Shown: positions 46,910 through 55,271 of the stretch, piece by piece | Layout: every line of letters begins with the position of its first letter | How positions within the stretch are numbered: the stretch's first letter is position 1 | Origin: a virus | Direction: 5' to 3' (one strand) | Virus record (IMG/VR): IMGVR_UViG_3300023084_000003 | Length of the DNA: 64,000 nt | Notes under the pieces: generated by a model | What the model was told of the DNA's origin: nothing | Seen by the model: the letters and a program-made list of their open reading frames with translations, nothing else | Databases searched by the model: none | Made by a program: the position numbers and the translations under genes

Positions 46910-47942
46910 CAATTTCCTCATTCACATATGGGGTTACACTGTTTGGATCTAATCCGTTAATTTCTAAAATACGAGGGGCAAGAGATTTCATGTGTTTGCA
47001 ATGAGATTCTGCTTGCCCTTCTCGCTTCATATCACGCACTGTTTTTTTACAGCCATTACATATTTCAAACATAGGACAACTATAACAGGCTTGCTTTAAT
47101 GTTTGAATATTAAAGTCATCTTGTAGTGGAGTGGAAAATCCTCCGTTTAACTCATGTTCAAAGGAGATAGGATAATCCCTATCATCACCAAAGGAACCAC
47201 AAGAATAGTAATCGCCTCCAGGATTGAAGGCCCGTATGTGTTCGTCGCATCGACGATTTTGTGGACAACTTGTTGCATTACCTTTTAACCTCCGCATCAT
47301 TTGCTTGGTATTATATTCCCACTTCCACAGACCTCGATCGTAAATTTCGACGTAAGTCTCATAAATCTTACTTAGTCTGTAAGTGGACCCTTGTATACCA
47401 GAGGCCATAGCATAATTGAGTTTGCATTCGACATCCATTTCCTTAGCAAGCTCAACATTACGAATAGCATCTGGTGCATCTTCATCAGTCATAACTGCAA
47501 TAAAATCTGGACGATATCCAACAAGATCTAGCATCTTATTCGATGCCAACCAGAAATCTTTCTCTGTGAAGATTGTGTAATCGCCTTTTAAACGACCTTT
47601 ACCATATTGGAAACTGGTACATATTCCTAGACGTGGGTGGCGAAACAAATCTATCCACTTCTCTGGCTTTACAACAAAAGGCCATAAATTGGTTGTGAAA
47701 CTAATATTCGCAGGATAGTCATGCTCATCTAAATGATCTATAATCTTCCAATAATAACTAGGTTCCACCATCAAAGGGTCGCCACCATTTACGATAATGG
47801 TGCGAGTGTGAGGATACCTCTTTAAAAATTTGAAAATATAATCATGATCCAAAAGCTTTGCTTTATTCGGATCAATATCTGTAGACGAACAGAAAGTACA
47901 CTTAAAGTTGCAAGCTTCTGTCGGCTTTATTATTAGTTCCAT
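46890..47942 (-). CDS. Radical SAM / SPASM-type protein
   Basis: CNFKCTFC, GGDPL, CPQNRRC...SCG...CYSCPMFEICNGC...C. Confidence 0.93.
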   Translation of the reverse strand: MELIIKPTEACNFKCTFCSSTDIDPNKAKLLDHDYIFKFLKRYPHTRTIIVNGGDPLMVEPSYYWKIIDHLDEHDYPANISFTTNLWPFVVKPEKWIDLFRHPRLGICTSFQYGKGRLKGDYTIFTEKDFWLASNKMLDLVGYRPDFIAVMTDEDAPDAIRNVELAKEMDVECKLNYAMASGIQGSTYRLSKIYETYVEIYDRGLWKWEYNTKQMMRRLKGNATSCPQNRRCDEHIRAFNPGGDYYSCGSFGDDRDYPISFEHELNGGFSTPLQDDFNIQTLKQACYSCPMFEICNGCKKTVRDMKREGQAESHCKHMKSLAPRILEINGLDPNSVTPYVNEEIDVLSID

Positions 47943-48963
47943 TCAATAATTCCATCATCAAAGTTTTAGGTGCAGGACAAACGTCACCTTGCCATTCAAG
48001 TTGGTGGCAGTCGGAGTGGCAATAGGCAAATACCGGACACGAATAGCAACGTGGATCTCTTATGACTTGTTCGTCGATAATTACCTTTTGCCGCCCCTTG
48101 CTATTTATAACGTCTTCTACTGATTGTTTAATATTGCCATAATGATCGGTAGGAGCAGCGTTAGGGCAGCCAGCAATAGTACCATCCGCATTAATCGTAA
48201 ATAATTTTTGTTCACAATCTCTGCAAAACGTTCCTTGGTGTAAGAGTCCTTTTTCAAATTTGTTATAGACCGTTTCCATGAAGACATCTTCAAACTCCTC
48301 TCTTATATCATAACATTCCTCATATGCTCTCATAAAGAAATCTTGAAGTGCTGCATTCGTAGGATAAAGCTTTTCGCCATATAACAAAGCATTACCATTA
48401 CCGGTAATACGTTCCCAAGATATTTCCGTGATGCCAAGACCTCTCAAATAATCAATCATTTCTCGAGGAGACCTATTGACAACGTCCTTAGATAATGATA
48501 CAAATGCTTTAAGAATGAATCCTTGATCTACTAAGAATCTTACGTTGTCTTCCCAAAGCTTTTCTTGCTTTTCATTTGCAAAGCGTATTGTTGGATCCCA
48601 TGATGTTCCAATACGTTTACCTGTCATTACACGAGAAAAGAAATCTAATCTATCATCTGTTAACTTATATGTAAGATTAGTTGTAATACCGAATGAACCT
48701 CTTACGCCCCATACGCTTTGTACTCTATTATAGAATTCAAATAGATCTTCGGTTTTAGCAAGCATAGGCTCGCCACCGTGATATTCAAAGTGGCATATTT
48801 TTGTGCCATCATATAACTGATTAACCCAGTTAGCGGTAGCCACTGGGTCAAAGTATATTTTAGCTCCGTTGATTCCGCTTGTAAAGCAGTGGAAGCAATT
48901 TAAGTTACACGTCTCCGTGGTCTTGACGTATACACTCAGATTGCTCTGTATCGGACAAACCAT
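47902..48963 (-). CDS. Radical SAM / SPASM-type protein
   Basis: CNLNCFHC, HGGEP, CRDC...GCPN...CYSCPVFAYCHSDC...C. Confidence 0.93.
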   Translation of the reverse strand: MVCPIQSNLSVYVKTTETCNLNCFHCFTSGINGAKIYFDPVATANWVNQLYDGTKICHFEYHGGEPMLAKTEDLFEFYNRVQSVWGVRGSFGITTNLTYKLTDDRLDFFSRVMTGKRIGTSWDPTIRFANEKQEKLWEDNVRFLVDQGFILKAFVSLSKDVVNRSPREMIDYLRGLGITEISWERITGNGNALLYGEKLYPTNAALQDFFMRAYEECYDIREEFEDVFMETVYNKFEKGLLHQGTFCRDCEQKLFTINADGTIAGCPNAAPTDHYGNIKQSVEDVINSKGRQKVIIDEQVIRDPRCYSCPVFAYCHSDCHQLEWQGDVCPAPKTLMMELLNGTNNKADRSLQL

Positions 48964-49402
48964 AACTAAACATTAATCCTTCTCGTACATTCAATGCTCT
49001 GTGAGGAGTATCTGCGGGTATTTGCCAAAAGTCTCCCTCCTCAAGATTATGAATAACGTCGTTCACTTCAATTGTTTTATGACCAGCACTTACATGTAAT
49101 AATACATCAACTGGGTCGGTATGTACACCAAAACTTGGCGATTCTTTCCAGTATCTAAAAGCATGAATGGTGCCTTCTTTAAAGCCACAAACGTGTTCGA
49201 TACCTTCAACCTTTATTGTATCATTAGATTCTGCAAGCTTTACTTGTACCTTTGCTAAGTACTCATTGTAGTCATCTGATACTATTTTAACATCTTTTCC
49301 ACGATTGTCAATATATAATGTGCGATCATACATATAAGCTTCATGGCTTAGTACGTATTCTTCAAAGTCTTCGTAGGACCATTTTAAATTAGGCAGTTGC
49401 AT
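48905..49402 (-). CDS. JmjC/cupin-like oxygenase
   Basis: SFGVHTDPVDV (HxD), G.K.IEV, GDFWQIP..TPH.A. Confidence 0.8.
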   Translation of the reverse strand: MQLPNLKWSYEDFEEYVLSHEAYMYDRTLYIDNRGKDVKIVSDDYNEYLAKVQVKLAESNDTIKVEGIEHVCGFKEGTIHAFRYWKESPSFGVHTDPVDVLLHVSAGHKTIEVNDVIHNLEEGDFWQIPADTPHRALNVREGLMFSYGLSDTEQSECIRQDHGDV

Positions 49403-51305
49403 ACTCTAGTTCCTTTGTTTGAGTAGGCTGAGAAAATGCCCTTACAAAGAGTTCGTTAAGAAGAATGATTTCATTATCGTCTTGTGTGAGTTCCATGATG
49501 CATTCTAATCTAGATTTGTTGCCAATAATTCTTTTCAATCCACGAGGTGGAGTGTCTGGATTCAAAATGTCTACAATATTTTCGTGCACCTCGTCAAAAC
49601 CAGGAATACAATCACGAATTACAGCGTAACACATTCTGCAAAACTCTGCTGGAGTAAGAACATCTTTAAATGTGTCATAATGCTTTTGCAAAAGAATATT
49701 ACCACAAACATTCATAAACCACATCTCATGAAATTCTTCGCGAGTAAATGAATAGCAAGATGCAATTGTTTTAAAGTAAGACTTTAGGCCACGATATAGA
49801 CCATATCTATTATCAGCCCCGCCTTCTTCAATAACATCGGTATAGCATTCCACAACTTCAATATCATACTTTTTTATATATTCAGGATCTGTAAGTTCAG
49901 AATCTGGTAGGAACATATAGTCATGTCTCCATGAACCGTATGATTTAAAGTTATAGTAAATCTCATACTCATTATAGAAGTCATCTATAGTAGATCCAGG
50001 CATTCCTAGAATTAATTCTACGGGTGGCTTTGGATAACCTTCAACGTTGCAACGCTGATTAATATGGCGCGCGAGTGCTAACTTATCTTCTAAATTTAGA
50101 TCAACTCTATTTACTACATCCATAGCTTCTTTACTAATACTTTGGATACTTACTGTTGGAACTACTGAGATATAAAGAGCTTCGCCTTCTGCTGCTTGCT
50201 TTCTTCTAATATCATCTTCCCAGTCTTCTCCATCTTGCTCACCAAAATTATCAACCATTCCACGGCTCGTATTCTGTTCATTGAATACGTGAATTGTGGT
50301 ACCCATAGCCTGATTTTCTGCCGAGCCCATAAAGAACAATGCATGAGAACCTTGCTCAGGTACAAACACTTCTGAGTGCTTCTCTTCGCCTGTTCCTAAC
50401 GTGTCAAACCATGCATCAACAAGTTTCTTTCTTCTTGCAAGGTCTCTTGATTTAAAAGTTGAGATGTCGGTAAGATTAAATCCATTCTTAAAGGTCCAAT
50501 CAAAGATCTCGATGTCTCTTTCTAAGAATGCGCCGAAGTTTGCATCGGTAAGATAAGCATCTCGGAAGCCTGCGTCTTTCAAAGCCTCAACATCTCGCTT
50601 ATAAATGTCTAGATCTTTCTTATAGATCTTAGTACCAATACCTCCGCCCCATTCACAGAATGCACACTTAAATGGACAGCCACGAGTAGATTCTAATGCC
50701 ATGAATGGCTCAAGTACCTGAGTACGAGCCCACTCGCGCATTTCTTTAAGATAATCCATATGTTCTTCATAAACAGAATAATCTTGGTCTGCGATATTTA
50801 GAACACCTTTTTTATTTGAGCGCCATTCCCAAGTTACATCTTCATGTTTTGGCCATTGATTTAAATTATTAAAATATCCATCAAGCAGAGAGTTCATGAA
50901 TATTTCGCCGGGCTTGGTTACCTGACAAATATAATCATATAGTTCATATCTTAGATTCATTAGTTTTGGCTCGTTACGACCAATATGAGGTCCGCCGATT
51001 ACTGTAATAGCTTCTGGGTTTTGCTCTCTTACGAGCTTAGCAACCTCATCGCACATCTGATAGTTCCAAATATATGAACTAAAGCAGTATACGTCAAGAG
51101 GTTCTCCCTGCTCCATATCTTCTTTAATTTCTTGGAAAGATCGATACACGTCAAATTTGTATGTTGCAGGAACAAACTCTACTTTATCGGGATACATTCC
51201 CTCATGTTTATAATGACTTTCTAACATCATCCACGTCAAATTAGACGGCGTTTGCCAATCTGCATGAGGTGGTGACATGTAACCTAAACGTAATTTTTTA
51301 CTCAT
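49389..51305 (-). CDS. Cobalamin-binding radical SAM enzyme (class B methyltransferase-like)
   Basis: N-terminal B12-binding-type domain (FSSYIWN, VIGGPH), STRGCPFKCAFC, DANFG, ELILGMPGST. Confidence 0.9.
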   Translation of the reverse strand: MSKKLRLGYMSPPHADWQTPSNLTWMMLESHYKHEGMYPDKVEFVPATYKFDVYRSFQEIKEDMEQGEPLDVYCFSSYIWNYQMCDEVAKLVREQNPEAITVIGGPHIGRNEPKLMNLRYELYDYICQVTKPGEIFMNSLLDGYFNNLNQWPKHEDVTWEWRSNKKGVLNIADQDYSVYEEHMDYLKEMREWARTQVLEPFMALESTRGCPFKCAFCEWGGGIGTKIYKKDLDIYKRDVEALKDAGFRDAYLTDANFGAFLERDIEIFDWTFKNGFNLTDISTFKSRDLARRKKLVDAWFDTLGTGEEKHSEVFVPEQGSHALFFMGSAENQAMGTTIHVFNEQNTSRGMVDNFGEQDGEDWEDDIRRKQAAEGEALYISVVPTVSIQSISKEAMDVVNRVDLNLEDKLALARHINQRCNVEGYPKPPVELILGMPGSTIDDFYNEYEIYYNFKSYGSWRHDYMFLPDSELTDPEYIKKYDIEVVECYTDVIEEGGADNRYGLYRGLKSYFKTIASCYSFTREEFHEMWFMNVCGNILLQKHYDTFKDVLTPAEFCRMCYAVIRDCIPGFDEVHENIVDILNPDTPPRGLKRIIGNKSRLECIMELTQDDNEIILLNELFVRAFSQPTQTKELEYATA

Positions 51306-52411
51306 TTATCTCTCTTCGAATCCACATATCTAAATAGTTCTTTGTTTATACACTCGTCCATGTCCTGCTTCATGTTTCCAGCTTTAATTCCTGAGAAACA
51401 CATCATAGGACATCTTTGATAAAATTCGCATGCATGACAATTATATTTATCAAGGAAACTCGTTAAAGTATTATCAAGAAAATTATCTGGTCCGTTATGT
51501 TGGCGATAAGAAGGCGAGTTAAACTTCTTCAAATAATGAGAGCCAACACATCCTTCTGGAATAATCTTATTGTCCCAATCAATAGCAGCACCATTACCAC
51601 GAGAACATATCGTATGCATCTGATGGTCTTTTGGCTGCATAAAAGGTATAATATATTCTACTTTTGGGTATTTGTCAACCAATAATTTATAAAAAGCTAA
51701 AACTTCTGATTCTAAAGGTATCTCAACGTCGTTATGTTCTGTTCCTTTAATGTATTGATCCCAAGAATAATCAAATCTGCTATATAAGTAATCATAATAT
51801 TCGTCACCTGCTAGTAAAGCTTGAATATTTTGTTTTGTAATCACTGAGTTAATATTACGAATATAAGGTGCAAAGATCTCAATATTCTCTTTAAATATCT
51901 GTAAGTTCTTTTGATTAAATCTACCTTTTAAATCAAACGATACAACGAATGTCGTATCCTCACCCTGCTCATCCATGAACCGTTTAATTTCATCTCTGGT
52001 CTCAACCATACTAAAATTAGAGATCCAAATGAATTCTAGTACTTGATCTGTGAGATTTGTTTTTTCTCTCACTCCATTTGCAAGATCTCTATAGGCTTCT
52101 AGGAGATTAGAATCTTTTAGGATAGCGTCATTAAATGGTTCACCACCAATCATTCGAACAACAAATTCTGTAGCAAAACTATTTTGATTAATATATTCAG
52201 CAATAATATCTGCTTTAGATACTATAGACTCATAGTTCATACCTTTTTTACTATTATGATCTTGTGGGCAAAATGAACACGCAAAGTTGCAGTACTCAAA
52301 GAGTATTACAACAATCTCGCACGACTTATTTCTTTTTTCGAAAATTAGATTTGCAGCGGTGTCAGAGCCCCACTTATCACCAGTCTCGGTGACATCAATC
52401 ATATTAATCAT
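51302..52411 (-). CDS. Radical SAM / SPASM-type protein
   Basis: CNFACSFC, GGEPF, C...C...CHACEFYQRCPMMC...C. Confidence 0.9.
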   Translation of the reverse strand: MINMIDVTETGDKWGSDTAANLIFEKRNKSCEIVVILFEYCNFACSFCPQDHNSKKGMNYESIVSKADIIAEYINQNSFATEFVVRMIGGEPFNDAILKDSNLLEAYRDLANGVREKTNLTDQVLEFIWISNFSMVETRDEIKRFMDEQGEDTTFVVSFDLKGRFNQKNLQIFKENIEIFAPYIRNINSVITKQNIQALLAGDEYYDYLYSRFDYSWDQYIKGTEHNDVEIPLESEVLAFYKLLVDKYPKVEYIIPFMQPKDHQMHTICSRGNGAAIDWDNKIIPEGCVGSHYLKKFNSPSYRQHNGPDNFLDNTLTSFLDKYNCHACEFYQRCPMMCFSGIKAGNMKQDMDECINKELFRYVDSKRDK

Positions 52412-52423
52412 TACAAACCTTTA

Positions 52424-53596
52424 TTACGTATGGCTGAATTTATTTAACTGAGTTGTATTTTCTGCAATTTTTAATTGATAAAGATACTCAATCCAAAATG
52501 TATTTATTTTTTCCTGCATATATTCATAGTGCCAAACTTTAGTAGTTCCCTGATAAGTAATATCATCTGCAATAATATCTTCCCAAGCTGTATCTCTTAT
52601 TTCTGTGTTAGATAAGTTTGTTCCATCTATTCTATTAAGCATTCCTTCAGCACCTTTAATAACATCCTGAAGCTCGACGTCGTTAGCATCGTCTGCGTTT
52701 GTATTATCTACAACCCATTGAAGCCATCCCAAGCCTACATCCCAATGCGCAACACGGTATTCCCAGTTTTCTACAAGGGCGTCGTAGGATCTGTCAAAAA
52801 GAAAATCCATATCAGAATTCGCAGCTCTAAGTGAAGTCATCCAGTTTGGATCGGTCCAGTTCAATGTTACGCCAGTCATAGAGCGAACTTTTTCTGTCAT
52901 AATATTATCTCTAATATATTCTCTTAGATCACTAACAATTCCAAAGCCAATTTTTGAATGTATTCTTTGACCTTTTATTGCAATGGGAGTTATTGTAATG
53001 TCACCACACAAATATGCTGCGAGCTGAATCTCAATACACAAACTGTCTCTTAAAGCGTCTCGAACAGACGTATAATAAGAAGCCTCAACAGTATCTGCCG
53101 TATTAAATGCATTATATGCGGTTGCGAATTCTGATTGAGTATACACTGCTTCTGCCATTGCGTCAGCAACTCTAATAGCAGAAAAAGATCTGCTTGACAT
53201 ATTATCAACTTCTACAAGTTTTTCTCTTTGTCTTGTTATATTATAGAGTATAAAAGCAGCGTCAACATCTATATTTGGCATTGCTACTTTAAGCCAAGCA
53301 AAGAACAATTTATGATATGATTCAGCGTCTGCATATATTCTTCCAGACCAATCATTATCATATAAAGATTTAATAAAGTGAGCATATGATTCGTGCTGGC
53401 CCTCATCGCTTCCAATAATATCATCTATTGAAGCTGTCCAATGAAGTATTTCAGTTCCATAGCCAGGACTTGCAAGAGTACTCATATTAGTATATTGATG
53501 CTGATTTCTTTCAACAGAAAATACAGCTCTATCCTGAGAGTTATCATAAGCCCAGTCTGGAGAAACATATACTTTATCAAATAGGTTAAACGACAT
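52424..53596 (-). CDS. Hypothetical protein
   Basis: 390 aa, no recognisable motif, inside the radical SAM operon. Confidence 0.75.
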   Translation of the reverse strand: MSFNLFDKVYVSPDWAYDNSQDRAVFSVERNQHQYTNMSTLASPGYGTEILHWTASIDDIIGSDEGQHESYAHFIKSLYDNDWSGRIYADAESYHKLFFAWLKVAMPNIDVDAAFILYNITRQREKLVEVDNMSSRSFSAIRVADAMAEAVYTQSEFATAYNAFNTADTVEASYYTSVRDALRDSLCIEIQLAAYLCGDITITPIAIKGQRIHSKIGFGIVSDLREYIRDNIMTEKVRSMTGVTLNWTDPNWMTSLRAANSDMDFLFDRSYDALVENWEYRVAHWDVGLGWLQWVVDNTNADDANDVELQDVIKGAEGMLNRIDGTNLSNTEIRDTAWEDIIADDITYQGTTKVWHYEYMQEKINTFWIEYLYQLKIAENTTQLNKFSHT

Positions 53597-54683
53597 TCTT
53601 TTTTAATTCCTCTGGTATACATTCGTCCCATTTGCCAGCCGCAATTACTTTTGTTTGTACACAAAGAGTGTTTGCTTCTGTATCAAAGTACGAAAACATG
53701 TTTCTTCCTTTAAATCTATATTCATTAAATTGATTCGTGAAAATCTTTCCTTTTCTATCTCCAATAGATCCTATATAATATCCAATCCAAGGCAGAGCAT
53801 ACGTATTAACAAAGTTAATTCCTACATAGTCTGGATCATCTACCTCTTCAAATGTTTTTTCAACAAAATCGTTAAACTCAGGAATATTTAAACATTGAAA
53901 ATTAAAGATTGGAGATGAGTCTAACATCTCACACCATCTTTTTACAATATCTAAATTCTCTTCAATAAAATCTTCTGCATTATTTAGTCTTTCAAAGTAC
54001 ATGTAAGGTGCTAGTGGATCATCACAAAATTCATCAATTTCTTCTTGATCAACAGTAGGAATATTAGTTCCAAACTCATACATTGGTTTCAGCACTTTCA
54101 TATATTGACAACAAACCGCCAATGCTTCTCTTGCTAACTGCTCAATATCAACCAAAGCTGTTGTTGTGCTCATGTAAGCAGCAACTAATTCTTTTAAAGC
54201 ATCTCTATCATTATAAGTTTCTTCATCAAAATCTGCATCTAGATTCAAGTTACTTAGATAGATCATCAAAGCATTTGCGTCTAGTTTACCAGCTCTATAG
54301 TTAATCTTAAAAGCAGTATTCTCTTTATCCTGAAAGTACTCTTTTAAAACCTCCATAGGTAAAGGACAGCTTGTTTCAATAATCTTTTTTGGTTTTAAAG
54401 CCTGTTTTTTCTTAAGATCTTCTACACTTTCTTGTACATCGTCATTATAAGAGTTGTCTCGGATAACCGCTTGAATCTCTTTACTTACTTGCTCTTTAGA
54501 AGATTTTTTAGGTTTAATATCATCAGCGTTTTCTTCTACGAATTTAAGCACTTCTTCCTTTGTAATGCCTACATTTTTTAAAGCATTCCAAGAAGTAATA
54601 GAAAGATCTTGGTTTCTTTCCCATTCAGATTTTAGAGTTTCAAGTTTTAATCCGGCTTTTTCAATTTTTTCTACAAGATTCAT
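53586..54683 (-). CDS. Hypothetical protein
   Basis: 365 aa, acidic helical, inside the radical SAM operon. Confidence 0.75.
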   Translation of the reverse strand: MNLVEKIEKAGLKLETLKSEWERNQDLSITSWNALKNVGITKEEVLKFVEENADDIKPKKSSKEQVSKEIQAVIRDNSYNDDVQESVEDLKKKQALKPKKIIETSCPLPMEVLKEYFQDKENTAFKINYRAGKLDANALMIYLSNLNLDADFDEETYNDRDALKELVAAYMSTTTALVDIEQLAREALAVCCQYMKVLKPMYEFGTNIPTVDQEEIDEFCDDPLAPYMYFERLNNAEDFIEENLDIVKRWCEMLDSSPIFNFQCLNIPEFNDFVEKTFEEVDDPDYVGINFVNTYALPWIGYYIGSIGDRKGKIFTNQFNEYRFKGRNMFSYFDTEANTLCVQTKVIAAGKWDECIPEELKKNVV

Positions 54684-54695
54684 TATATAAATTCC

Positions 54696-55271
54696 TTATC
54701 TTCTTCCTCTAGAACTGTGACAACTTGTATGACAGCTATTGTGACAATACGTAATATCAAAGTCTGCTCTATTATCTTTTAATGTATCCCATGCATTAAA
54801 TAAATTAGTGCAAAGGTTATTAAAATCAGCAGCGTGCGCAACTTCATCTTCTGTAACACCACCACTGTTAACTAATGTCATAGTTTGTCTTTGCCCAGTA
54901 TCACGGACAGTAATACCGTCAGCAGATCCTCTCTCTGTCACTGTGCCACCATCATTCTGGCGAAGCCATCTCACCTTACACTGGCGTATGTTAGTGAGGT
55001 TTCCAGTTGCCGCAGTAAGATGTAAATAAACCTTCACCGCTTCAATAGTCGTACCATCATCACCAATTCCAGTGACTGTTACATCAGAGCTTGGATTATC
55101 TGCAGCATAATTAGCGTCTGGAGCTACCTGCCCATCATCTACGCCTGTAGTCGGTGTGTGTTTTGCTGTAGAATGATACACGATTGTATTGTGGGCTGGA
55201 GTTTCCACCGCATCAATAAATGCCTGTCTCGCTGCTGAATTTTCTATTAAATCGCCTGCTGTTACCGCCAT
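54696..55271 (-). CDS. Protein ending in (CHxS)3-RGRR; candidate substrate of the radical SAM cluster
   Basis: C-terminus CHNSCHTSCHSSRGRR checked in DNA at 54696-54746; first gene of the cluster. Confidence 0.8.
   Translation of the reverse strand: MAVTAGDLIENSAARQAFIDAVETPAHNTIVYHSTAKHTPTTGVDDGQVAPDANYAADNPSSDVTVTGIGDDGTTIEAVKVYLHLTAATGNLTNIRQCKVRWLRQNDGGTVTERGSADGITVRDTGQRQTMTLVNSGGVTEDEVAHAADFNNLCTNLFNAWDTLKDNRADFDITYCHNSCHTSCHSSRGRR

Noticed and set aside
47990-48050. CHSDCH in the 47902-48963 enzyme resembling the CHxS tag
   Set aside because: The Cys residues are part of the ordinary CxxCxxxxxCxxxC SPASM ligand set; the similarity is probably coincidental.
48102-48109. Additional TATAAATA inside a radical SAM gene
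   Set aside because: About 160 nt from the next start and intragenic; chance occurrence is plausible in AT-rich DNA.
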